From Myxococcota bacterium (GTDB taxonomy: Bacteria > Myxococcota_A > UBA9042 > PHBI01 > JAWLBL01): a DNA stretch of 64,000 nucleotides. This document shows positions 47,101 to 56,502 of this stretch, in pieces. The notes beneath the pieces are model-generated. The model was not told the DNA's origin and ran no database searches. It saw only the letters and a list, made by a program, of their open reading frames with translations. How positions within the stretch are numbered: the stretch's first letter is position 1; each line of letters begins with the position of its first letter. The stretch covers positions 35,627 to 99,626 of the forward strand of contig JAWLBL010000015.1 of NCBI GenBank assembly GCA_041687695.1. The letters are read 5' to 3'. The position numbers and the translations under genes are program-made.

Positions 47101-48181
47101 GCCCAGCTGGGACGGGTCGTGCGGCTGCACCATCTCGTCGTGCCCGCCGGGCGCCTCGCCCAAGGACTACGACGGCGACGGCTGCGCGGACATCTGCCTG
47201 TGCCCCGACGGCTCCAAGGCGGGCCCGGAAGGCTGCGTCACCACCTGCGAGCCCATCACCTGCGACGAGCCGCTGCCGCCCTACCTGGTGATGGTCGACG
47301 ACAACGGCGACGGCTGCTACGACTACAAGGAGGCCTGTCCGATGGGCACCCAGGGCGCCGACACCTCGGGCGACGGGTGCAGCGACACCTGCGTGTCGTG
47401 CTCGACGGCCATCAAGTGCGCCGTCGGCACCTGGCCGGCCGACACCGACGGCGACAACTGCCCGGACGCCTGCCTCTGCAAGGACGGCTCGCTGCCCGAG
47501 GGCGGCAGCTGCTGCGCCGCCTTCGCCTGCCTGGCGGGCGACCCGGTGGACACCGACGGCGACGGCTGCCCCGACGCCTGCCTGTGCCCCGACGGCACCA
47601 AGCCGGGCCCCAACGGCTGCTCGACCTGCAACTTCAAGTGCGAGCCGGGCTCGATGCCGTCCTACGCGGTCCTGCTCGACACCGACGGGGACGGCTGCTA
47701 CGACGCCAAGGGCGGCTGCAAGCTGGGCACCTACGGCGCCGACACCACCGGTGACGGCTGCCACGACACCTGCGAGGTCTGCCCGACCGCCATCAAGTGC
47801 CCGGCCGGCACCCTGCCGACCGACACCGACGGCGACAACTGCCCCGACAGCTGCCAGTGCCAGCCCGGCTCGGACGCGACGCAGTGCTGCGACGCCTTCA
47901 CCTGCCTCATCGGCGACCCGGTGGACACCGACGGCGACGGCTGCCCCGACGCCTGCCCCTCGGCCTGCAAGTCCAACCTCGAGTGCGGCAAGGGCACCTT
48001 CTGCAACAAGAAGCCGGGCACCTGCACCGACTACGGCGTGTGCGATCCGATGCCCGTCGGCTGCCCCGACGTCTGGGACCCGGTCTGTGCCTGCAACGGC
48101 CAGACCTACTCCAACGCCTGCGACGCCGCCGCCGCCGGCACCCCCATCGCCTACTTCGGCCCCTGCAAGGCCACCAAGTAG
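44123..48181 (+). CDS. Giant Cys/Asp-rich repeat lipoprotein with C-terminal Kazal domain
   Basis: Lipobox LGGC; CDDGNPCT repeats; about 27 DxDGDGCxDxC-type units; CPDVWDPVCACNGQTYSNAC...GPC. Confidence 0.9.
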   Translation: MKSLRWGALVFGALGALALGGCLVPDVPEQGGSDAGVDAKADTAKPCEGDACGGTQVGCETDADCGKGGVCHPELKACVNCIDDGDCAEGVCHPKALVCVQCVDDSDCGSGGVCHPDKNQCVPCLQPKDCPGGQCDPAVGCIGCGSDAECDDGNPCTKDACDVATAQCAHEVLPDGASCDDGDACTVKDVCAAGACVGGAKDPECTCKDIVCPAIYVPIDSDNDGCDDQCVCPDGQLPGPDGGCGGPVACVTHDDCEDGDPCTENLCKAGVCVAEKDPSCGTVCADGQVCDDGNPCTVGKCDPATGACHFAPLADGASCEDGDKCTVGDFCQAGQCQAGKEDVGCGCKDLVCLAIYVPIDTDGDGCPDTCACPDGTEPGPNGGCGTVCNFVGCAPNMIPVDKDGDGCPDGCTQSCKKMCDPNACPPWAVQADTDGDGCYDTCKACPDGMIGSDWDGDGCVESCVKCELLPCPAGSKPVDLNGDGCPDQCSCGDVACGCDAACPAGSKPYDGDFDGCPDKCKCPDGQVVPPGGSCGCPYEILCPIGTKPVDQDGDGCADACVCADGASADANGQCCKPLECPAGTYPFDVDGDGCRDLCLCKDGSKPAADGTCGCKPIVCKDGLAGFDKDGDGCADTCVPACGDACDCYDMGLSFPSECLLKCGGCGNFWTCQQGACVANCGFVPPEVGMCEVCADPPKCPLGQQAVDTDKDGCPDTCQCVLGGPTDPNGVCACPYVIDCMPGTWPKDLDGDGCPDVCLCEDGTKPDPNTGSCCEPVYCPAGASAGDSDGDGCMDTCTCWDGTEAGPNVVCPCSIAIKCPAGTQAVDTDDDGCADSCLCANGQKPDASGQCCAAFECLVGTPYDSDGDGCPDACGCLDGSTPSSAGCPCYDLICPEGSKGDDQDGDGCFDACVCPDGASPVGGACCKPIYCPKGATAKDTDKDGCPDTCVCWNGSKPNADGLCCQALQCPVGSYAADTDKDGCPDTCLCKDGSKPSWDGSCGCTISSCPPGASPKDYDGDGCADICLCPDGSKAGPEGCVTTCEPITCDEPLPPYLVMVDDNGDGCYDYKEACPMGTQGADTSGDGCSDTCVSCSTAIKCAVGTWPADTDGDNCPDACLCKDGSLPEGGSCCAAFACLAGDPVDTDGDGCPDACLCPDGTKPGPNGCSTCNFKCEPGSMPSYAVLLDTDGDGCYDAKGGCKLGTYGADTTGDGCHDTCEVCPTAIKCPAGTLPTDTDGDNCPDSCQCQPGSDATQCCDAFTCLIGDPVDTDGDGCPDACPSACKSNLECGKGTFCNKKPGTCTDYGVCDPMPVGCPDVWDPVCACNGQTYSNACDAAAAGTPIAYFGPCKATK

Positions 48182-48206
48182 CGCCCCCCTGACGGCCTGA
48201 GACACC

Positions 48207-48249
48207 AACGCCGCCCCGGGCCCCCGCGCCCCGGGCGGCGTTCGTGTTT
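48207..48249 (+). terminator. Hairpin terminator candidate at the host/BREX boundary
   Basis: AACGCCGCCC...GGGCGGCGTT stem followed by CGTGTTT. Confidence 0.5.
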
Positions 48250-48313
48250 CACCGCCAGGTCAGCTCCCGCTCCGAACACCCACGGAGTCGAACGTGCCGA
48301 TGCCGAATCGGTA

Positions 48314-50458
48314 CTACGGACAGCCTGATGACGAAGTCCGAGGTGCCAAGGAATCAACGAGCCACGACCACGTTCCAGGCACGTCCAGGAGAAAGCGTCC
48401 GACGACCTCGCGTTGCACCCAATCCGGCATCAGCGGTTGGAACTTGCTCAGTCGATAGGCGGGAAGCTCCTCGGCAACCTCGCTCCTGAAACTCGCATCC
48501 TCCCATAGCCCTGCGTCCGCCAAGCGCGCCAAGAGTGGAGCCAGGGTGCGTTCGTCGGCGTCGTTCCCGCGGATCTTGATCACGAAGTTGTCGCACACGA
48601 CGCGCCACTCGGCCCCTAGCCCTCGCAGGGCGTGACGCAGGGTGCTGTTGATGCGTCCACCTGCGAACGTCCACCAACGAACCTCGCCGTCGCCGAACTC
48701 GAAGTCGCTCGCGTTCTCGGGCGAAAGGACGTGAGCCATGGCTGACCGTTGGGCGTTCAACACGTCTGAGGCTGAGTGTTGCAGGTAGGCGTAATCTCGT
48801 CGCCCAACCAGCACGTCCCGAATCGTCCGACACAGGGTCCGTCCCAGGAACTGCGGTAGGAAGCCTCCCCAGGTCGGCTGTCGACCCGCAGGTGCCGGTT
48901 CGACCACCACTCGTCTCTCGTCATGCCTCACCTGAGCGAGGAGCCAAGCGCGTCCCCCCAGGAGGAAGCAGCTCACATCCTCGACAAGACCGTCGACGAA
49001 ATCCTGGGAAAGCGTCCCGAGCGGCTGACCGGCCCTGGTCGCAACCGAGTAGGTCGCCGGGCTCGAGAACACGGCGTAGAGCGACATGAAGTTGCGCCGT
49101 CCAAACCGCTTCTCGGCTTTGGGACCCAGGACCAGACGACCGCTGCTGAGGCTCATGGCGCCATCGCCGAGCATCCAGTCCAGGAGGCGGTCGAACTCGC
49201 CACGTGAGATCCCTCGAAAGTCCGGTATCGAACTGAGCAGTCGCCATGCCTCCTCGACGGGCACCCCGCTGTCGGCCAACGATATCGCCAGCAGCTGGTG
49301 GATGAGAACAGGCCAACATCGATCATTCAGCTCGACGTCTTCGACCCATCCCGACTTGGCCAGTTCCACCAGCGCGACCGCCTGCAGAACACCGTCGGTG
49401 GACTCGCACAGAAACGAAGTGTTCGCAGCCTGGCCGGCGCGCCGGCCCGTTCGTCCCATGCGCTGCAAGAACGAGCCGACGGTATCGGGAGCCTCGATCT
49501 GAAGGACGCGATCCAGGTCTCCGACGTCGATCCCCAGCTCCAGCGTGGACGTGCACACGATACAGGCGTCACTACCGTGATGGAATCTCTCCTCAGCGAG
49601 CTGTCGCTCCTCTCGAGACACCGCGCTGTGGTGAACGAACACCGTCGTGCCCGCTCGACGCATTCGCTCGGCCACGGCCTCTGTCGTGGCTCGCGACTGG
49701 CAGAAGAGCAGGCTCTTGCCCGATTTGGCCAGGCGCGCCGCATCCCGCGCGAGATCCGACAGATCCGAGCGGTGTGCGACCAGGATCTGTCGTCGCCCTG
49801 GAGCTTTCGGAGGATCTACGACCACACCGACTCGCCGCGAAGTTCCCGTCAACCATCCGAGGATGGCCGCCGGATTACCCACCGTCGCGCTCAAGCCGAC
49901 ACGCTGCACATCGTGGCTGGACAGCCGCGCCAACCGCTCGACGACACTCATGAGGTGAGCGCCGCGGTCGGTGCCAGCGACGGCATGGACTTCATCAACG
50001 ACGACCACGCGCAGGTCCGCGAAGAGCGATCGCGCATCCACCCGCTCCGAGATCAGCATGACCTCGAGGGACTCGGGTGTCGTCATCAACAGATCGGACG
50101 GCTCCGCCAGGAACCGGTTCCGCTCGTTGGCCGGAGTGTCTCCGTGCCAGACGAACCGCCTCAGCCCCACCATCTCCGTATATAGCCCCAGCCGATCGGA
50201 CTGGTTGTTCAGCAGCGCTTTGATGGGAGCGATGTAGATGGCCCCGATCCCGGCTGGCGGATTGGACGCCAGCATAGATAGAGTTGGGAACATCGCCGCC
50301 TCAGTCTTACCCCCGGCCGTCGGTGCCAGAACGACCGCGTTCGCCCCGTCCAGTAGCGCCGCGCCCGCTTCATCTTGCACTGGGCGCAGACTCGTCCAAC
50401 CCAGTCGCGCGACGATCGCCTCCTGCAGCCGCGGTGTGAACCGGGAGAAGACGCTCAC
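48314..50458 (-). CDS. brxHI: Lhr-like DEAH helicase of BREX
   Basis: APTAGGKTEA, TTPESLE, VDEVHA, GLSATVGN, TSTLELGIDVG, QRMGRTGRR; GTGA-coupled to brxD. Confidence 0.85.
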   Translation of the reverse strand: MSVFSRFTPRLQEAIVARLGWTSLRPVQDEAGAALLDGANAVVLAPTAGGKTEAAMFPTLSMLASNPPAGIGAIYIAPIKALLNNQSDRLGLYTEMVGLRRFVWHGDTPANERNRFLAEPSDLLMTTPESLEVMLISERVDARSLFADLRVVVVDEVHAVAGTDRGAHLMSVVERLARLSSHDVQRVGLSATVGNPAAILGWLTGTSRRVGVVVDPPKAPGRRQILVAHRSDLSDLARDAARLAKSGKSLLFCQSRATTEAVAERMRRAGTTVFVHHSAVSREERQLAEERFHHGSDACIVCTSTLELGIDVGDLDRVLQIEAPDTVGSFLQRMGRTGRRAGQAANTSFLCESTDGVLQAVALVELAKSGWVEDVELNDRCWPVLIHQLLAISLADSGVPVEEAWRLLSSIPDFRGISRGEFDRLLDWMLGDGAMSLSSGRLVLGPKAEKRFGRRNFMSLYAVFSSPATYSVATRAGQPLGTLSQDFVDGLVEDVSCFLLGGRAWLLAQVRHDERRVVVEPAPAGRQPTWGGFLPQFLGRTLCRTIRDVLVGRRDYAYLQHSASDVLNAQRSAMAHVLSPENASDFEFGDGEVRWWTFAGGRINSTLRHALRGLGAEWRVVCDNFVIKIRGNDADERTLAPLLARLADAGLWEDASFRSEVAEELPAYRLSKFQPLMPDWVQREVVGRFLLDVPGTWSWLVDSLAPRTSSSGCP

Positions 50459-51798
50459 CACACGTCCTCACGCGGCACCAGCTCATCTTCCTCCGAATCC
50501 TCAGACGATTGTTGACGACGAGGTCCCGAGCCGGGAAGCGCCAACTCCTCTTCGGGTTTCAGCTCCGAAGGTGTGAAGCCGTAGCCCTTCATCGGGTCGT
50601 ACTCGGGCTCGTCTTGCACCAGGTCCATCACCGTGACTAGCGCGCGCAAGAACTGGCGCGGGACGACACCTACATCGCGCTTGAAGCCCGCTGTGACTTC
50701 TTGGACCAGCCGCTTGATGAACTCACGCGTGACACGCGACTCGAGGCGACCCTCGACGTTTCCGGGATGCAGCTCGAGCAAACGCAGCGCCACGCTCTCG
50801 AGCCGCTCGGCGTCGAAGGGCTTGAGCACCAACTGTGGTTGTCGAACGCTCGCAAACCCTGCCTGCTCCATGAAGCCGATGCGCTCGTGCAGCGGAGCCA
50901 GACCCGCGACGCCCTGTCGTGAGTCGAAGAAGTCGGGAGTTCCGGTGAAGACCCAAAGAAGCCCCGGGTAGGAACCGGCGGCATCGGCGATCTGTCGGAT
51001 ACCATTGAGCGACTTGTGCCGTGAGTCTTTGCGCATCCGCAAGATCGTCTCGGCCTCGTCGATGACTACTACCAGGCCTCGGTATCCAGCCGCCTTGACG
51101 ATCTCCAGCACGCCTCGAAGGTAGTCCAGAGCGTCTCGGCTCTCGATGTCACCCTTGACGCCTGCGACTCGCTTTGCGACGGCGCTCACATTCCCACTGC
51201 CGCACAGCCACGAGATCAATGCACCGGCCTCGGCGACGTCTCCCCGCTGCTTGAGATCGAAGATCGCCTGCACGACGCGCACGAAGTCCTGCGGCGCCTG
51301 CCCAGCCGTCATGGCCGCGAGGTCTTCATCAAGCGCGCGGCGCACCTTCTCGTCGAAGTCGCTGGCCTCCTCGTCCGCGCCAGCAGCGATGAGTCGCTCC
51401 TCCACCTTGCCTATCCAGCGGTCGAGGACGTCTCCCAGCGCTCCACGTCCGCATGAGGCCGTTCCAAGCTCGGTCATTACCTTTCGGTACACATCGTCGA
51501 ACCGGTGGAAGCGCAGGTCGTTGTCGCTCACCACGACGAAGCTGGTTGCGAAGCCCCGCGCCTGCGCGTCGAGGACCGCCAATCGCGCCATGAAGGTCTT
51601 TCCGCATCCGTATCCACCGCGCAGGAACTTCACCGTCCCCTCGCCCTGAGCCGCCAGATCCAGCTGCCTGCCGATCTCGCCACGCTGCTTGTCGACACCA
51701 ATCGCGAAGGTGTCGATCCCTCGCTCGGGCACCAGGCCCTTGCGAAGCGATTCGAACACGTGCTCCTTGTCTCGCGCGCTCATGACCTGGCCCATCAC
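50455..51798 (-). CDS. brxD: BREX ATP-binding protein BrxD
   Basis: SLRKGLVPERG, RGGYGCGKTF, VVIDEAET, GLAPLHERI, VGVVPRQFLR; located between pglZ and the helicase. Confidence 0.9.
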   Translation of the reverse strand: MMGQVMSARDKEHVFESLRKGLVPERGIDTFAIGVDKQRGEIGRQLDLAAQGEGTVKFLRGGYGCGKTFMARLAVLDAQARGFATSFVVVSDNDLRFHRFDDVYRKVMTELGTASCGRGALGDVLDRWIGKVEERLIAAGADEEASDFDEKVRRALDEDLAAMTAGQAPQDFVRVVQAIFDLKQRGDVAEAGALISWLCGSGNVSAVAKRVAGVKGDIESRDALDYLRGVLEIVKAAGYRGLVVVIDEAETILRMRKDSRHKSLNGIRQIADAAGSYPGLLWVFTGTPDFFDSRQGVAGLAPLHERIGFMEQAGFASVRQPQLVLKPFDAERLESVALRLLELHPGNVEGRLESRVTREFIKRLVQEVTAGFKRDVGVVPRQFLRALVTVMDLVQDEPEYDPMKGYGFTPSELKPEEELALPGSGPRRQQSSEDSEEDELVPREDVW

Positions 51799-54662
51799 CG
51801 CTGTCCTCCATCCCTCACGTAGCGCTTCACGCCACCTACATCTTCAATCCTCACCTCGAAGGGCGCCTTTGCGGCATGCAGCTCGAATGCTCGAGCGAAG
51901 CGCCGGAAAGCCCGCGGCGACCCGAGCATTCGCGCCGCCTCGTCCTCTCGGATCGCTCCGTGAGCCTCGATGTGCGCGAAGACCTCACGCACGCCGCTGT
52001 CCGGCAGTTCAGCCAGCCACGCGCTCCCCACCGCGCCCTCGGAACGGACCTCGTCCTTGGCGTTCCGGACCCGTGACCCGGACACGGCGTATCTCGCGTC
52101 GACCCGAGCGGGTGTCACCTCGACCTGTCCAAGTGGGTGATGCACCTCCACCTGCACCCGGACATCGGTCGGCCCAGTCAACCTGAAAAACGCCTCGAAC
52201 CACCCGCCAACCTTCGCATCGATCAGCCCGCCATGGAGGCTTCCGGCTTCCGACACCTGGACCAGTTCCAAGTCGACACCAACGGCATCCACCACCCGAA
52301 TCCCCAAGGCGACCGACGCTCCGTCATCCAGACTCAGGGCGTCGGCCCGCACACGACCCTTCAGACGATGTAGACCGGCGACCCCATCGCCCGCCTTGAC
52401 TTCCAACCGGTACGTCGCAAGGCGCCCACCGGCAGGCGCCGTATGGGTCACCGTGATGACCGGGATGACTCGCTCCTGCAGGCTGTTGCCCCCGTGCGCA
52501 AACCCCCGCGCTGCCTTGCCGTTGGCGAACAGAGCGGCCGTCTCCGGGACGACCAGATGACCATCCGCGCCGTCGTACCGCAGCTCGCCAAGCGCCATCC
52601 GTACGTTCCCTGGCTCATCGGCAGCCTCCTGCCGGAACACATGCCGCCGCCCCGCATCCCCCGTCTTTCCGAACGGCACCCGAGGCGATTCGTCGTCCGC
52701 CAGCAAGAACCCATGGTCCGCCGTGACTACGAACCGCTGAACGCCCGCAGACCGCAAGCGACGCCATGCTCGGGTCAGATCCCTCAGGACGCCCTCGAAG
52801 GTCTGTAGACCGAGCCCCTGCTCACCGGCCTGATCGATCTCCAGGCTGTGCACCACCACCAACCGAGCCTCGGCGATCTTCTGCTTCAAGACGTGCGTTT
52901 CGCACCCGACGACCTCGTGCAGCGGAATCGACGGGCAGGTCCGGCCCCCAATCCGATCGTGCATCGCCCGTCGCCGACTCTCCGGGTCACACACCCGGAA
53001 TTCACCGGCCCGGAGCCCCAGCACCCGGCCGCCCTTCATATCCAAGCCCAATCGTCCGCGCTCCACCACCGGCGCCAGAGCGTTCATCCCGACTTCCGTG
53101 ACCGTCGGCAGCTCGGCTAGCCTCGCCTCCACCTCGACGGTGGTCATCTCGTCCTCGCGCATACCCGCGGCGAGCTGCGCCCCCATCTCGAAGCGGAGCG
53201 CGTCCACCAGGAAGTAGGCCACGGCGCCCGCCCTGCTATCCACCAGTGGCTTGACGACCTCGTCGAAGATGGCCCGCTGAAGGAGGCGTTCCTCTGGCAA
53301 GAAGCCCTCGGCCCGACACAAGGCGTTGAAGTCGCTCGCCCAAGCATCGGACCACTCGCGCACCGGGCGCCTCATCGCATCCAGGCGCGCCCGCAGCACC
53401 TCGGCTTTCGGCAACGCCGAATCGAGCAGCGTCAGACGTCGCGCCTCCAACCGCCGATGCGCCGCATCCACGGCCGCGCCTCGCTGCTCGTAGCGCTGCA
53501 CGGCGGCTCCGAGTCCGCCAGACTTCACCCCGAGCCGCGGGCCTGCCGCCCTGAGCGCCTGCCCCAGCGCCGCCGCCAGCCCGATCAGCTCCCAGGCCGA
53601 GCGGCGCGGTACATCCTCCTCCACCCAGAACGATCCTCCTCCCAGACGCTGCTGCGCCCACTCGGCCGCCTCGTCCCAGGCCTGCCGTCCCAACGCTGCC
53701 AACGCAGCCTCGAAGATCAGCTCTTCCTCGAATCGGAAGGTGTCGATGCGGCCCAGGTCGCTCGCGGCGGCGGCTATCACCTCGACCTGGAGCGCCGCCT
53801 CGGTAGCATCGGCCGTCCGGATGTAGACCTCGCGTCTCCGGCGCAGGGCCCGCGCCAACCCCGTACAGTTGGCCACCACCTGGGCCGGGAGCGCCTTCGC
53901 CGCATGCAGCTCGGCAGCCGTTGGCGGCCGACTCAGGTCATGCACATACTCGACCGCCAGAGCCCAACTCGTCACCTCGAAGGCCACCGCCTCGGCCGCC
54001 AGCCGGCCCCCCAGGCCCTGCGCACCGATGTCCCGCCACGCCGTTGGCAGCCCCGTCCAGCGCTCGAACGCGCCCCGCACCGCGCGTCGGTCGGATTCCA
54101 AATCCATGCGTTTCGCCAAGGGACCACCCCCTAGCAGCTCGTCGACCACTCGTTCGAGCCCCATTGCCTCGAGCTGCGCGGCCAGGCCGTCATCTCCCTC
54201 GCTCAGAGCCGCCAACCAGGCATCCGCCTCCTCCAGAGTCGGCGCGCCCTCGCGACCCTGCGTGTGGAACCGATCGATCAGGCCGGGTTGAACCCGTCCC
54301 GCCGCGGCCTCCACCACCAGGGTCTCCAGGCTCTTCGTGTACGTTCGCCCAATCTCGGCCAGCTCGAGTAAAGGAGTCGTGGCGAGCGCCGCTTCATCGA
54401 AGCCCGGCACGTGCACCAGCAACTGCGGCTTGGCCAGCCCTCCAGTGAGCTCGATCACGTCCAGCATCAACTCGAGGTGGCTTCCTCGGAACGCGCGCAC
54501 CTCGAATCCCGCCCGAGCCCCAGCCCTCCAGCGGTCCACGAAACCGGTGAAGGCCTTCTCCGGGTCCAGCCAGATGACGAGACCATGCTGCCGGACCACC
54601 CGGCTGACTTCGGCCTCCAGCACCGCCGAAACCGGCCCTACCTCGTCGGCCGCCACCTGCAT
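51795..54662 (-). CDS. pglZ: BREX (type 6-like) PglZ phosphatase
   Basis: AAGGAGG RBS; FLVDALRFEMG, LPTVTEVGMNAL, VTADHGF, HGGNSLQERVIP. Confidence 0.92.
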   Translation of the reverse strand: MQVAADEVGPVSAVLEAEVSRVVRQHGLVIWLDPEKAFTGFVDRWRAGARAGFEVRAFRGSHLELMLDVIELTGGLAKPQLLVHVPGFDEAALATTPLLELAEIGRTYTKSLETLVVEAAAGRVQPGLIDRFHTQGREGAPTLEEADAWLAALSEGDDGLAAQLEAMGLERVVDELLGGGPLAKRMDLESDRRAVRGAFERWTGLPTAWRDIGAQGLGGRLAAEAVAFEVTSWALAVEYVHDLSRPPTAAELHAAKALPAQVVANCTGLARALRRRREVYIRTADATEAALQVEVIAAAASDLGRIDTFRFEEELIFEAALAALGRQAWDEAAEWAQQRLGGGSFWVEEDVPRRSAWELIGLAAALGQALRAAGPRLGVKSGGLGAAVQRYEQRGAAVDAAHRRLEARRLTLLDSALPKAEVLRARLDAMRRPVREWSDAWASDFNALCRAEGFLPEERLLQRAIFDEVVKPLVDSRAGAVAYFLVDALRFEMGAQLAAGMREDEMTTVEVEARLAELPTVTEVGMNALAPVVERGRLGLDMKGGRVLGLRAGEFRVCDPESRRRAMHDRIGGRTCPSIPLHEVVGCETHVLKQKIAEARLVVVHSLEIDQAGEQGLGLQTFEGVLRDLTRAWRRLRSAGVQRFVVTADHGFLLADDESPRVPFGKTGDAGRRHVFRQEAADEPGNVRMALGELRYDGADGHLVVPETAALFANGKAARGFAHGGNSLQERVIPVITVTHTAPAGGRLATYRLEVKAGDGVAGLHRLKGRVRADALSLDDGASVALGIRVVDAVGVDLELVQVSEAGSLHGGLIDAKVGGWFEAFFRLTGPTDVRVQVEVHHPLGQVEVTPARVDARYAVSGSRVRNAKDEVRSEGAVGSAWLAELPDSGVREVFAHIEAHGAIREDEAARMLGSPRAFRRFARAFELHAAKAPFEVRIEDVGGVKRYVRDGGQR

Positions 54663-54826
54663 CCGGTCCTCCTTGGCCACCCCGACTGCTCGCGGCAGCC
54701 TATCCTCATCACATTATTCGACCAATCCCACCAGACCGCGAAAAGCGTCCGTGCCCTCGGTTTCGTTCGATGAGAGGGCGGCGGGTCGATCCCCTCTTTC
54801 GCGAGCCGGCGCCAAGCGGCCGCCAG

Positions 54827-56491
54827 TCAGCTTTCGCTTGCATGCTCCAATCGGGTCTCACCCGCCCGCCGTCGGCCGGCTTCTCTGAGGCCGTCCACCA
54901 GACGTGCGACCTCCAGTCGCGCTACCTCGTCGTCGGGTTCCGGGACCGGACAGATGAGACGGTGCTCCTTGCTCGCTTCCTGTTCGGCCGCCCCCGTCCA
55001 CCTGGTTCGTGGGCCAGGGAAAACTACGAAGGCGTTCGGTTCCTGGCACGACAGGAGCCGGTCGTCCCCCGACTTCCACCGCAGTTCGGCTTGATATCTG
55101 CCTACTTTCTCGATTTTCTTCGTGCCGTCGCTGAACTCCGGATTGGCCAGCGATGCGTCACCGATGGCGAAGGCGCAGCAGTCCCCACTCGACCAGATCA
55201 GTAGGTAGTCTGGAGAACGCTCCTTGCCACTGAGCAGTGTGTCCCGCTCCTCGATCTGTTCGGCCGCCCACGTCCACCGCGAAATCGTCCTCTCATGCAA
55301 GCCAGGAGCATCTCCGAGGTTCACCTGGATCGACGTCGGCTGGAACTCGAACCTCAGCCGTTCACCTTCGCGAGACAACGTCCAGACTGCGTGAGTGATG
55401 CTGCCGGCAAAGCCGTGCGTTGGCGGGCCTGTCACGTGAGGCGCGTCGCCCGTCCAGCCCAGCTCTCGCAGCGCCCGAACCATGCGCACGGCGCCCCAGA
55501 CTTCGAAGATGTCTGGGGCCTTGAGCATGGGAAGGGCGGAGTAGCTGCTCTGATCCATGATCGGGCGCTCGCTCAGCTTGCTTTGGAAGGCCTGCAGCAA
55601 ACGGCGCAGCCTGAAATCGCGCTGGACGGCCGGCGTCACAGCGACCTCGGATTGCAGGTGTCGTACATGAGCGAACAAGGACCAGACCCGTGTTTGCACG
55701 GTTCGCAGCTCACTCAACCTCTGCGAGCAGTCATCGCGCTCCCTTCGCACCTCCGCGGCTCGTTTCGGCCCGCACGAGCTCAGGCGAGCTTCCACCTCGC
55801 GCAGCGTTGCCATCAGAGCCGACTCGTGCTGCAGCAGATCCGCAACCCGCTTGCGACACCAGGCCGACATCAGTCGATGCTCGGGCAAGTCATCCAACAC
55901 ATCCGTTGTGTGGCTGCGGGAAAGAACCCCGAGTTCTCGGTAGGGCAGAAGCACGAGCCCTTGGGCGCAGCCGAGTTCCTGGTCCACGTCTTGGATCAGA
56001 AGGTCTCTCTGGCCGCCCGCGCTCCGAATGGCTTCAGCGTGTGCCCTCGAACGCAGGTTGGCCGCATCCCAAACGACTGCGCATCCCAACTCGGCCTCGA
56101 TCTCGGCCAAGATGCGCACCAACTGTGCACGATCGAACAGACTGGCGGGCCAGAGGTAGCATTCCAGCCGAGCCTCGGGCGCGCCCCGTAGGCGCGCCGC
56201 GAAAGTACCGAACCTGCGTTGCTCAGCGATCTCCCCACCCAGCGGCTTCCAGGAGAACCAAGTGAGACCTTCCGCCGGAAGACCCGCACTCGTTATCACC
56301 TCCGGCGCGAGCTGCTTGCGTTCTCCGTCTCCGCCGCGCTCGAGCGCGATGCGGTTGGAAGTCGCCGCGAAGTACAGCTCGGGACATCGATCGTCGAGCT
56401 GCACCACGAACGGCTCGTCGTAGGGAAGCACGTCGAAGCGTTCGGCGGTGGCCGAGCGGACGGCGATCATGGAGATCTGCGGAACAGACAT
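54827..56491 (-). CDS. McrC-like protein (DUF2357-like N-terminus plus degenerate PD-(D/E)xK domain)
   Basis: DLPEHRLM, VQRDFR, DIFEVWG, RSPDYLL...IGDAS, KVGRYQ, AFVVFPG parallel McrC-like DTPENR / LYEYW / PD / DAK / YPG; follows the McrB-like gene. Confidence 0.65.
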   Translation of the reverse strand: MSVPQISMIAVRSATAERFDVLPYDEPFVVQLDDRCPELYFAATSNRIALERGGDGERKQLAPEVITSAGLPAEGLTWFSWKPLGGEIAEQRRFGTFAARLRGAPEARLECYLWPASLFDRAQLVRILAEIEAELGCAVVWDAANLRSRAHAEAIRSAGGQRDLLIQDVDQELGCAQGLVLLPYRELGVLSRSHTTDVLDDLPEHRLMSAWCRKRVADLLQHESALMATLREVEARLSSCGPKRAAEVRRERDDCSQRLSELRTVQTRVWSLFAHVRHLQSEVAVTPAVQRDFRLRRLLQAFQSKLSERPIMDQSSYSALPMLKAPDIFEVWGAVRMVRALRELGWTGDAPHVTGPPTHGFAGSITHAVWTLSREGERLRFEFQPTSIQVNLGDAPGLHERTISRWTWAAEQIEERDTLLSGKERSPDYLLIWSSGDCCAFAIGDASLANPEFSDGTKKIEKVGRYQAELRWKSGDDRLLSCQEPNAFVVFPGPRTRWTGAAEQEASKEHRLICPVPEPDDEVARLEVARLVDGLREAGRRRAGETRLEHASES

Positions 56492-56502
56492 GGGACCGCC
56501 TG

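Noticed and set aside
35992..48208. Very long antisense ORFs (35992..41040, 43769..48208; also 17860..20688)
   Set aside because: Typical stop-poor shadows of GC-rich genes with no recognisable motifs
48180..48320. tRNA or att site marking the BREX island edge
   Set aside because: Only a hairpin is visible; no cloverleaf, direct repeat or integrase found in the window
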